From NCBI RefSeq assembly GCF_000237865.1, contig NC_017459.1:30001-62000 (forward strand): a DNA stretch of 32,000 bases, read 5' to 3'. The position numbers and the translations under genes were made by a program. Shown here piece after piece: positions 8,705 to 16,977 of this stretch. The stretch comes from Haloquadratum walsbyi C23. Lineage in GTDB: Archaea; Halobacteriota; Halobacteria; Halobacteriales; Haloferacaceae. Numbering within the stretch: the first letter of the stretch is position 1; every line of letters starts with the position of its first letter. The notes below the pieces were generated by a model that saw nothing but the letters and a program-made list of their open reading frames with translations, had not been told where the DNA came from and did no database searches.

Positions 8705-8818
8705 TCTATAGATATTCACTATCCACTATTCAGTTAGATACCCTACTTACCATCATGGTATACCTTTCAGATGTCTTAACCCAGAGATTCTTGACTAGTG
8801 AGTATCTATAGTGAATAT
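8705..8818. repeat. paired motif in the divergent promoter region: TCTATAG direct repeat (8705, 8805) plus 11-bp inverted repeat ATATTCACTAT (8712-8722) / ATAGTGAATAT (8808-8818)
   Basis: Read directly from the sequence. The arms lie near each of the two divergent start codons (8669 minus, 8819 plus). Confidence 0.5.
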
Positions 8819-9115
8819 ATGTCACTTTCGACCACGATAGAACGGTACCGAGCGGAGCTTCGACATTGGCTACGCGGGCTTTATCATGGGCTCATCACAC
8901 ATCCCGCGTATGAAAAGGTTGAAAAAGAGGCTGAGGATACTGAAGATACATTTATGCTCGCATGCTTCCCTGAAGCGTTTGGTATTCCATCGCCGGTATC
9001 ATATTATACCGCAGAACTGCTCCCATATCTTGAAGATGAATTTGATGCATGGGAAAGACGAATGTGGAATCGAGGATCGCTACTTGAACGAAAAGGTCAG
9101 CAATATCACTTCTAA
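8819..9115 (+). CDS. hypothetical small acidic protein, probably co-transcribed with the ArsA-like ATPase
   Basis: Track ORF 8798-9115 is GTG-initiated; the likely start is ATG 8819 (MSLSTTIERYRAELRHWLRGLYHGL...). It ends 8 nt before the ATPase ATG. No family recognised. Confidence 0.6.
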   Translation: MSLSTTIERYRAELRHWLRGLYHGLITHPAYEKVEKEAEDTEDTFMLACFPEAFGIPSPVSYYTAELLPYLEDEFDAWERRMWNRGSLLERKGQQYHF

Positions 9116-9123
9116 GATACCTC

Positions 9124-10107
9124 ATGCGCACTCACGTATTTTTTGGCGGCAAAGGCGGTGTTGGCAAAACCACTGTTTCATCGGCATATGCACTAAAATG
9201 TGCACGCACTGGTATTGATACACTCATTGTATCGACAGATCCAGCACACAGCATATCAGACGTCTTTGATCAGAACTTCACTGATGAACCGGCTGCTGTT
9301 GAAAGGGTTGATAATCTCGATGCAATGGAAATCGACCCTGAGGCTGAGACTGAGCGACATTTAATGGAGACAAAGCGAGCATTGAGTGACCAGGTAAGCC
9401 CTGCGATGGTCAATGAAGTGGATCGTCAAATTGAGATGGCACACCAGACGCCAGGCGCGTATGAAGCAGCACTCATGGATCGCTTCATTGATGTGATGCG
9501 GAATTCTAATGAGTACGATCGTATTGTTTTTGATACATCTCCGACGGGTGGAACGCTTCGATTGCTTTCACTTCCTGATATGCTCGAGGGATGGATTGAT
9601 CGACTAGTATACAAGCGCGAGCAATCGATTGATCTGTATGAGCGTGCTGCAATCGGGAATGAGGAACCACGTCGTATAATGGATGGTGACCCGATTCTCG
9701 ATAGACTCACAACACGAAAAGAACGATTTGAATTCGCTGGTGAGACGCTTCGGACAAATGCAGCTTTTTTCCTTGTTGCAAATCCTGATGAGTTATCTAT
9801 TCGAGAGACGCAGCGTGCCATCGATGAACTCCAATCATATGACCTTGAGGTTCGTGGACTTGCAGTGAATCGGCTCACACCCGAACCTGACCCTAATGAG
9901 AATGGTCGTGGAGCGCGTTTTCTTCGTGATCGAGTTGCAACAGAGCGTGAGCGCTTAAATGAACTTCATGAGAATATTGACCCACCAGTCGTTGCTGAAA
10001 TTCAAACTCGGGTTTCAGAAGTAAAAGGTACAATACTTGACACAGTTGCGGAGGAACTGGCAATTGATGTCGATCAGGTATCACCCGATACTGTCTCATC
10101 AGGATAG
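9124..10107 (+). CDS. ArsA/Get3-family P-loop ATPase (single-domain, lacks metalloid-binding cysteines)
   Basis: 327 aa with the deviant Walker A FFGGKGGVGKTTVS, plus STDPAHSISDVF and DTSPTGGTLRLLSLP (ArsA signature region). It has only one Cys and no CxxC. Confidence 0.9.
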   Translation: MRTHVFFGGKGGVGKTTVSSAYALKCARTGIDTLIVSTDPAHSISDVFDQNFTDEPAAVERVDNLDAMEIDPEAETERHLMETKRALSDQVSPAMVNEVDRQIEMAHQTPGAYEAALMDRFIDVMRNSNEYDRIVFDTSPTGGTLRLLSLPDMLEGWIDRLVYKREQSIDLYERAAIGNEEPRRIMDGDPILDRLTTRKERFEFAGETLRTNAAFFLVANPDELSIRETQRAIDELQSYDLEVRGLAVNRLTPEPDPNENGRGARFLRDRVATERERLNELHENIDPPVVAEIQTRVSEVKGTILDTVAEELAIDVDQVSPDTVSSG

Positions 10108-10111
10108 TCTG

Positions 10112-10116
10112 TTTTT
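10112..10116 (+). terminator. T5 run just after the ArsA-like stop codon (archaeal oligo-T termination signal)
   Basis: TAG at 10105-10107 is followed by TCTGTTTTTAAG. Confidence 0.3.
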
Positions 10117-10170
10117 AAGCCGTCCTATGTATTGAATCATCAATCGTTAGCATTATACCGGAACGTTACA

Positions 10171-10177
10171 TTATAAA
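10171..10177 (+). promoter_or_regulatory. candidate TATA box for cstA
   Basis: TTATAAA is centred about 22 nt upstream of ATG 10196. Consistent with a leaderless transcript. Confidence 0.3.
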
Positions 10178-10195
10178 TCCTTGAGGACTTAACAC

Positions 10196-12001
10196 ATGGT
10201 TCAAATTATTTGGCTTGTTGTGGCAGTAATGGCACTGTTCACTGTTGGGTATCTTGGATACTCAAAATATCTTTCACAATTCGTCGATCTCGACGATAGT
10301 CGCGAAACACCGGCACATAAGTATGAAGATGGACAAGAATACGTCCCATCAGCAAAACCGGTTTTACTCGGACATCATTACTCAAGCATTGCTGGTGGTG
10401 CGCCAATCGTTGGTCCAATCACCGCTGGAGTTCTCTGGGGGTGGGTCCCAGCACTTGCATGGATTGCAATCGGCAATCCACTGATGGGAAGCGTTCATGA
10501 CTTTGTCTCACTGTCAGCCAGTCTCCGACATGAAGGAAAATCAATTGGATATATTGTTGGTGAGTATGTTGGTGAACGAGGCAAAAACATGCTCTTGTGG
10601 TTCGCATTCTTGACCATCATTCTCGTTGTCGCTGTTTTCGCCTTGGTCGTTGCAATTGTGTTTAATGCATACCCACAGGCAGCGACTGCAAGTTTGATAT
10701 ATATCGGTCTTGCCGTCCTGCTTGGTGCATGGCTCTACCAATTCGATCTTCCATTTATTGCCGGAACAGCTATATTCGTCAGTTTGATGTTCGTCGGCGT
10801 TTGGGTCGGTATTCAGTACCCGCTTGCGCTCGTTCCCGGTGATTACCCTGCACAGACGATTGTCCTGTTAGGCTCACAGCCATCCTGGCTTCCAGCCGCA
10901 GGTGCGTTCGGTGCGAACACTGCAGCATGGATTCCGATTGTGCTGATTTATGGCGCTATTGCAAGTGCGCTTCCAGTATGGACCCTTTTGCAGCCTCGTG
11001 ATTATCTTTCATCATTCCTACTCTACACTGGTGTTGGCGGAGCCCTCTTAGCTGTCATTGTAGGAACCGTTCTTGGAACCGCGAACCAACCACTCACAAC
11101 CAATCTTGCCCCATTCTATGGATTTATTGGACAGAACGGTGCACCACTGTTCCCGCTTCTGTTCATTACGATTGCCTGTGGAACGATTAGCGGATTTCAC
11201 TCACTTGTTTCATCAGGAACAACAGCAAAACAAATTAGCCGTGAAAGTGATGCTCGGGCAATCGGGTATGGTGGTATGCTTGGTGAGGGGCTTCTTGCGA
11301 CAGTTGCACTTGTCACCGTTGCGCTCGTTGCACCTGATGTTGGCGGTGGAATCGGTCTTGCACTTCCAACATTTGCGACTGGTGGAGGCATCTTACTCAC
11401 TAGTTTTGGTATCCCAACAAGTTTCGGTGCTCCATTCATGGCGTTAGTCCTTGTGAGCTTCCTTCTCACTTCGACTGATACGGCAGTTCGCCTGGGTCGA
11501 TACATGATGGAAGAGATCATTGGAACGCCAGAATCATCGGTTCAGTCCTTTGCTGCTGATCGTTATGGGAATGCAGCAGTCCAAACTATTCCTGCATATG
11601 TCCTCATTGCGAGCGGATCGTGGGCAACGCTGTGGCAACTCTTTGGTGGTGCGAATCAACTTCTCGCAGCACTTGCACTTCTCACTGCGACTGTCTGGCT
11701 TGCTAACTGGGATGAGTCAAAGCAGCTACTCAGCACCGGCGGTCCAATGGCTGTGATGGTTGGTATCACTGTTTCAGGACTTCTTTGGCTTGCTTTCTAC
11801 AGCAATATTTACACCAAATTCCTTAATGATGCATGGATGGCTGAGGCGACTATCGTCCAGATACTGTCTGCAGTAGCACAGATTTCACTAGCGTTTGTGC
11901 TCATCTATCTTGGACTCTCACTTGTGAGGATGGGCTATGAAAATGTCCAGAACGTTCGCGAAGGCGATGGAACCGGTGCATTCTCACTCAGCGATGACTG
12001 A
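10196..12001 (+). CDS. cstA: carbon starvation protein CstA family transporter (peptide/pyruvate uptake)
   Basis: 601 aa polytopic membrane protein. Its N-terminal block PAHKYEDGQEYVPSAKPVLLGHHYSSIAGGAPIVGPI...GSVHDFVSL parallels the E. coli CstA signature (GHHFAAIAGAGPLVGP...HDF). Confidence 0.9.
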   Translation: MVQIIWLVVAVMALFTVGYLGYSKYLSQFVDLDDSRETPAHKYEDGQEYVPSAKPVLLGHHYSSIAGGAPIVGPITAGVLWGWVPALAWIAIGNPLMGSVHDFVSLSASLRHEGKSIGYIVGEYVGERGKNMLLWFAFLTIILVVAVFALVVAIVFNAYPQAATASLIYIGLAVLLGAWLYQFDLPFIAGTAIFVSLMFVGVWVGIQYPLALVPGDYPAQTIVLLGSQPSWLPAAGAFGANTAAWIPIVLIYGAIASALPVWTLLQPRDYLSSFLLYTGVGGALLAVIVGTVLGTANQPLTTNLAPFYGFIGQNGAPLFPLLFITIACGTISGFHSLVSSGTTAKQISRESDARAIGYGGMLGEGLLATVALVTVALVAPDVGGGIGLALPTFATGGGILLTSFGIPTSFGAPFMALVLVSFLLTSTDTAVRLGRYMMEEIIGTPESSVQSFAADRYGNAAVQTIPAYVLIASGSWATLWQLFGGANQLLAALALLTATVWLANWDESKQLLSTGGPMAVMVGITVSGLLWLAFYSNIYTKFLNDAWMAEATIVQILSAVAQISLAFVLIYLGLSLVRMGYENVQNVREGDGTGAFSLSDD

Positions 12002-12053
12002 ACATAATTAAGCTATTTGGATAACCAAACATCCTAAATTGCCTGTTCGCTGC

Positions 12054-12059
12054 TTTTTT
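12054..12059 (+). terminator. T6 run downstream of cstA
   Basis: GCTTTTTTAA begins 53 nt after the cstA stop (11999-12001). Confidence 0.3.
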
Positions 12060-12339
12060 AATTCATTACTGACTACTTGTAGTTCAGCTCCTGTGAACTC
12101 ACCCGTTGTTTCATTCGTAACTGGTCACCGGGTGACTCGTGAAACTCTCGCTTATTTTCAGAGGTTTTCCAACATCATAGCGAAATATATGCACTCGGTA
12201 GCGTATTTCGGATATCCCGATGGGTGTGTTCATGTGAGTGTACCAGTTAATAAATAAACATAATCTCACGAAGTATCAGTTATCCTCTTAATTAATAATT
12301 GAGATATAAATGATAACTCCATAGTACATATAATCAGCC

Positions 12340-13002
12340 TCAGAAGTTGAGCATACCGCGAATCCGACTGATAAGACCGGATTGCTCATCAGTAACATCC
12401 TGCCACAGCGTGAAGGCTTGAATAGTATCAGCCTGTTCACTTGCAACGGCTTCTTGACGATCTGGAGCAACAACTATGAGATGAATTTCATAATGACCAT
12501 AATACCCGAATTTCAATAGATTTCGGTCACGAAATGATGACACGAATGATTCGACACTCTCTGGCACCGTCTCGGCAATAACGACAAAAGTGAATTCAGT
12601 CCCAAAATGCTCCTCATCAGGATCAAGCCACGTAGAATCATCCGAAAGATCATGTCCAAGCGTAATAAATCGCTCAACGGTCTCAACATGTGGTCGATCA
12701 ATCTGAGTGACAAATACATGTTCATGTGTTTCATGATTCGCATAGTCCAGTGCCGGATGGAAGAAATGCTTGTGACTTTCAAGTCGCATTTCGGCATACA
12801 TGTTAAATGTCTCACCATTGACCTGCTTATTCTGCGTGAGATCATAGTTGAATAATAACCGATCAGAGACACGATCAAGATACGTATCGTCCCACTCAGG
12901 TACCCCTGAAAGATCGATGCCTGCTTCCTCAGCCGCTGCTACTGGGTCGACTCTGTCTGTATCCGACTCTGTATTCATTGTCCTGTCCGTGTCAGTAGTC
13001 AT
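12340..13002 (-). CDS. conserved-looking hypothetical acidic protein
   Basis: 220 aa, very acidic, with composition typical of genuine haloarchaeal proteins (…ESHKHFFHPALDYANHETHEHVFVTQIDRPHVETVERF…YGHYEIHLIVVAPDRQEAV…). No family recognised. Confidence 0.7.
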   Translation of the reverse strand: MTTDTDRTMNTESDTDRVDPVAAAEEAGIDLSGVPEWDDTYLDRVSDRLLFNYDLTQNKQVNGETFNMYAEMRLESHKHFFHPALDYANHETHEHVFVTQIDRPHVETVERFITLGHDLSDDSTWLDPDEEHFGTEFTFVVIAETVPESVESFVSSFRDRNLLKFGYYGHYEIHLIVVAPDRQEAVASEQADTIQAFTLWQDVTDEQSGLISRIRGMLNF

Positions 13003-13208
13003 CTATTCATCTCCCCAGTGGAGCACATATTCATATATCCCTCGGTGTACACACCGACACATAATTGCTTCAATCGTATCTCTGCTGTGGAACCCTCATC
13101 CGGTTTAATTGTAATTTGACTTCTCTGATTCGAGACCGGAATTGAGTATATTGTCTGAGTCGAATCTAGCATCGTTTCTATGATGCTAAGTATATTTATA
13201 TACATCAA

Positions 13209-13592
13209 TTAACTCCCGGTCTCTGGATCATACGCAACAACATCACCATCAACAGCCGGCGCACCAACAGCAAGAGCGACTACATCCTCCTCGGCATCAC
13301 GAGAGTTATATGATCGCTGTGGGCTCTCTGTATCAACGGTGGGTAATTCTCCAGTCTCAACAGTAACTATTTGTGTAGGTGTTTCAACAGAAAGCGTTCC
13401 ATGAAGAATGTAGAATGCCTCTTGTTGGCTTTCATGATAGTGGTATGCGAGTGGAAGTTGCTCACCCGGTTCTGCATGAAATTTATTAATTGCAATATTT
13501 GAGAGTTCTGTGGCTGCACTCAACCGACGGAGTTCACATGGTCGACCATCGACTGGGGTGACAGTCTCAGGATCGACAACCTGATATCCCAT
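13209..13592 (-). CDS. cupin-domain protein
   Basis: 127 aa. AYHYHESQQEAFYILHGTLSVE matches cupin motif 1 (H.H...E...G) within a beta-rich context. Confidence 0.8.
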   Translation of the reverse strand: MGYQVVDPETVTPVDGRPCELRRLSAATELSNIAINKFHAEPGEQLPLAYHYHESQQEAFYILHGTLSVETPTQIVTVETGELPTVDTESPQRSYNSRDAEEDVVALAVGAPAVDGDVVAYDPETGS

Positions 13593-13676
13593 ACCTCTCC
13601 CTCTGTATCAGCGTAAAAAAGCGCACGGGCGGTCAGGAACCCGTCACGACAGTATGATAATATATTACTGGAGACA

Positions 13677-13686
13677 AATATTTAAT
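13677..13686 (+). promoter_or_regulatory. candidate TATA box for ORF 13711-13935
   Basis: AAATATTTAA is centred about 30 nt upstream of ATG 13711. Confidence 0.3.
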
Positions 13687-13710
13687 CACAGCAAATAATT
13701 ATGATAATAT

Positions 13711-13935
13711 ATGAAGACAGACGATAATACTGAATCATGTGGTCGTTGTTCAATGTCAGCAGTTGTTGATGCAAGTATCGACACGACCGACCACGATAGT
13801 CCGTTTGGTGATAATCGAATTGAAGTTGATGATGAGACGCTTCGGAAAGTATCTCCAGGAGCGTGGCTCAGCACCCTTACAACAAAGCTTGATTCGTTTG
13901 CATGGCGTTTTCTCGACAATCGTGATACAAAGTGA
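13711..13935 (+). CDS. hypothetical small acidic protein
   Basis: 74 aa, acidic (…DASIDTTDHDSPFGDNRIEVDDETLRKV…), with a TATA-like box at -30. It overlaps competing ORFs on other frames that have non-haloarchaeal composition. Confidence 0.4.
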   Translation: MKTDDNTESCGRCSMSAVVDASIDTTDHDSPFGDNRIEVDDETLRKVSPGAWLSTLTTKLDSFAWRFLDNRDTK

Positions 13936-14021
13936 GATATTAGCCATCAATTTGTCTTTTTTGACATTTAGACACAGTAGCGTAGTACTTTATATGTCCG
14001 GACACGTATATTGCGATAGCG

Positions 14022-14711
14022 ATGCAAGAAAGTGTCTCCGGATTCGAAGTTCGGGGAACATGGGGTGATGTTGTTGAACATGGTGAGCGAATCACTCGTG
14101 CACTCCGCGATGCGGATATTGATGGTGAAGCATTTGATGAATGGAATGAATGGCGACCAAAGTCACATGAGCGTCTTGGTGAGGATGTAAGTCAAAAGAC
14201 AGCCGCACAAGCGAGCGTCAGTGAGGGCAAGGGTGAACGTGCTGGAAAAGCGCCAGATGAAGACCTCCAAACAGCCGGAGAAATGTTGTCTGATTCATAT
14301 GATCATGTTGAGGCTGGCGAAAGTGACTCTGCGGTTGAACGGTGGTCTGACTCACTTGGATATGTCGCACGAGCGGCCGACTCTGCAGGACGTCGAGCAT
14401 TGCGTCGTGTTGAAGATACTGTGTACCAGCGTGTGATGACTCAGCTCGCACCATATTATTTTGATAATACATTAATCAGCGCAAATATTCAAAAAACTAC
14501 CCGTGGAGACGCTGCTGTGGCGTTTATTTTTGAGGTGAATATCAACGATGATGAACTTAAAACTGCTGTTAGTAACCGTCTGACCGACTATGATGATGAG
14601 GTAACTCGATGGCACGTTGATACGAAAAAACAGACTGAAACCGCAGAGGCTGCCGAGGGTGTTGAACCCCCGACGTCTACTACTAATCCGCCGAAATCAA
14701 CTAATAACTAA
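14022..14711 (+). CDS. conserved haloarchaeal hypothetical protein
   Basis: 229 aa. The N-terminus MQESVSGFEVRGTWGDVVEHGERITRALRDADIDGEAFDEWNEWRPKSHERL resembles a protein family I recall as widespread but uncharacterised in Halobacteria. Strongly acidic. Confidence 0.75.
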   Translation: MQESVSGFEVRGTWGDVVEHGERITRALRDADIDGEAFDEWNEWRPKSHERLGEDVSQKTAAQASVSEGKGERAGKAPDEDLQTAGEMLSDSYDHVEAGESDSAVERWSDSLGYVARAADSAGRRALRRVEDTVYQRVMTQLAPYYFDNTLISANIQKTTRGDAAVAFIFEVNINDDELKTAVSNRLTDYDDEVTRWHVDTKKQTETAEAAEGVEPPTSTTNPPKSTNN

Positions 14712-14836
14712 TTTATCATTATGAAAAAAAGCGGGATAGAACCAGAGGCTACCCAATGATCCTATTAACAGTGGTCGCGCGATCCGACATTGATTGACCG
14801 ACAATCGTTATTTATCTGAGTCTCTATCTATTATGC

Positions 14837-15220
14837 ATGAGTAACGCGCCAGCGATGAGCGACCTGTTGGATACTGATGAACCTGGATTTCAACAGGTGT
14901 TGGCATGCGTTTTTGGAATACAACAGCATGAAAGCCGGACATATCTTGTTCTGCTTGACCATCCCGAAAGTACAGTTGCAGAGCTCTCAGATGTACTTGA
15001 ACGCGACCGAAGCAACGTTAACCGATCACTGACCACGCTGTTGGACAAAGGACTTGCAGAGCGCCAGCGCCGGTTACTTGATCCCGGTGGTTATGTATAT
15101 CAATATACTGCAACAGAACTTCCGGAGGCAAAGTCACTCCTTCATGATGCGCTCGACCAATGGGTCGAACATGTTCATCAGAGCATTGAGGACTATGGAG
15201 ATGAACACTCCACATCGTAA
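14837..15220 (+). CDS. winged helix-turn-helix transcription regulator (TrmB/MarR-like)
   Basis: 127 aa. The segment ESRTYLVLLDHPESTVAELSDVLERDRSNVNRSLTTLLDKGLAERQRR is a classic wHTH recognition-helix plus wing pattern. Confidence 0.75.
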   Translation: MSNAPAMSDLLDTDEPGFQQVLACVFGIQQHESRTYLVLLDHPESTVAELSDVLERDRSNVNRSLTTLLDKGLAERQRRLLDPGGYVYQYTATELPEAKSLLHDALDQWVEHVHQSIEDYGDEHSTS

Positions 15221-15397
15221 TTCCTGTTGTGATGTTCTGCGAATATTAATATAAAGCTGCGTTTCCTATACAGAGTATCAATCTGAACCGATACTCCGTG
15301 GAAAAATATTATATAAACAACATATACCATCACATCTGGGTTAATTTTGCGCTTCACACCGTCCTCTTTTTCACCACGGGGTTCAGTGAAAGTTATA

Positions 15398-16663
15398 ATG
15401 AGTCTTGAACTTAGCGCCGCCGCTCCAGCCATCCCCCCGGAGGCCACCGACGGTGTCTGGCTCGCGGATATCGAAACGGGAGAAACATACGCCCCGTTCG
15501 AGGAGATCCGCTATACGAGCGATGAGGATAATTTACTTGAGGTTCGGTATGCCGACCTTCCAACATTTGAAGATTTCCAGGGACAGGGTCGCGGTGTCTG
15601 GCGGTATCACGCTGCTCTTCCGTTTGAGAATGGAGTTAGCCTTCCTGAGGGAGATACACCACTTCATCGAGCACCCAGTATTCGGGATGCAGCCGGTGTT
15701 CGCTCATTGCGTATTAAACATGAAGGGATGAACCCAACTGGATCATTCAAGGATCGTGGTATGACTGTTGGTGTCCGAGTTGCGAAAGAACTCGGCGTTG
15801 GACGGCTCGCTTGTGCATCAACGGGGAATACATCTGCCGCACTTGCCGCATACGGTGCGCGCGGTGGGATGCAAACGCTTGTGTTGTTACCCGCTGGAAA
15901 GGTTGCAGCCGGAAAGATCGCTCAAGCCGCACTTCATGACGCCCGTATCTTAGAAGTCGATGGCAACTTTGATGATTGTCTCGATATCGTCCAGGATCTT
16001 GCTCGGCGTGGTGAAGTGTATTTGTTGAACTCATTAAATCCATTCCGACTTGAGGGACAGAAAACAATCGGGCTTGAAATTCTCGAACGATTTTACGAGG
16101 AGTATGGTCGATTCCCTGATCGAATTATCCTTCCGGTTGGTAATGCCGGTAATACTTCAGCTTTATATAAAGCGTTCCGCGAGTTGGTCCAATCGGGAGC
16201 ACTCAGACCAAGTGAAGTTCCAAAGCTCACGGGCGTCCAAGCGGCAGGCGCAGCACCAATGGTTGAAGCGGTTGAGCATGGATGGTCGGATATCGAGCGC
16301 TGGGATGATGTTGAAACCCGAGCAACAGCAATTCGGATTGGAAATCCAGTTAACGCTCCAAAGGCGCTTCCAGGGATTCGTGAAACCGGCGGCACAGCTA
16401 TTGCAGTGACTGATGATGAGATTACTGTTGCTCAACGTGATCTTGCACGGGAGGGTATTGGTGTCGAGCCCGCATCCGCAGCCTCTGTTGCTGGATTAAA
16501 GAAACTCCGTGGTCGGAGTCGAATCGACAGTGATGAAGACGTTGTTTGTCTTACCACCGGACATCTGCTAAAGGACCCCGATGAAGCATTCAAGGCTGGC
16601 GGTAATCCAGAACCCGTTGGCGGTGACACTGACGCTGTCTTAGAGCATATCGGCGCGAATTGA
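15398..16663 (+). CDS. thrC: threonine synthase
   Basis: Track ORF 15347-16663 is TTG-initiated; the likely start is ATG 15398 (MSLELSAAAP...). It has the PLP-lysine motif HEGMNPTGSFKDRGMTV, plus ACASTGNTSAALAAY and the GNAGN loop. Confidence 0.92.
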   Translation: MSLELSAAAPAIPPEATDGVWLADIETGETYAPFEEIRYTSDEDNLLEVRYADLPTFEDFQGQGRGVWRYHAALPFENGVSLPEGDTPLHRAPSIRDAAGVRSLRIKHEGMNPTGSFKDRGMTVGVRVAKELGVGRLACASTGNTSAALAAYGARGGMQTLVLLPAGKVAAGKIAQAALHDARILEVDGNFDDCLDIVQDLARRGEVYLLNSLNPFRLEGQKTIGLEILERFYEEYGRFPDRIILPVGNAGNTSALYKAFRELVQSGALRPSEVPKLTGVQAAGAAPMVEAVEHGWSDIERWDDVETRATAIRIGNPVNAPKALPGIRETGGTAIAVTDDEITVAQRDLAREGIGVEPASAASVAGLKKLRGRSRIDSDEDVVCLTTGHLLKDPDEAFKAGGNPEPVGGDTDAVLEHIGAN

Positions 16664-16977
16664 CATTACCCAGAATTATACATCATATCGACACTCAAAC
16701 AGAGAATATCCACTCACCGCATATACAGAGAGTCGAGGCGAGTGCCGCGGAGTTCAGATGTGACTCTGAGGTATTTCAATTACATACTCACAGCATTCTG
16801 TGACTAACTGTCCTTTTGCTATGTCATACCGATATGTGAACTTCCCGACCGATCGAGCCTTGATCAATTTGTTGAGGAGGTGAATGAGTACGTAGTCTCG
16901 TCCAACGCAAAATCACGCCGACGCCAGCATTGATCAACTTGCAATTGCCCAAATTATACATTCAGATATCGCTTGAG

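Noticed and set aside
12039-12257. 72-aa TTG-initiated ORF downstream of cstA, and the small palindrome GTCAC-CGG-GTGAC within it.
   Set aside because: The composition is non-acidic and Cys/Phe-rich, and the ORF begins before the cstA T6 terminator run at 12054-12059. The 5-bp palindrome is too short to be meaningful.
13167-13188. 7-bp hairpin TAGCATC-N8-GATGCTA just downstream of the cupin gene.
   Set aside because: Probably a simple 3'-end structure. There is no adjacent T-run on the minus strand and nothing else distinctive.
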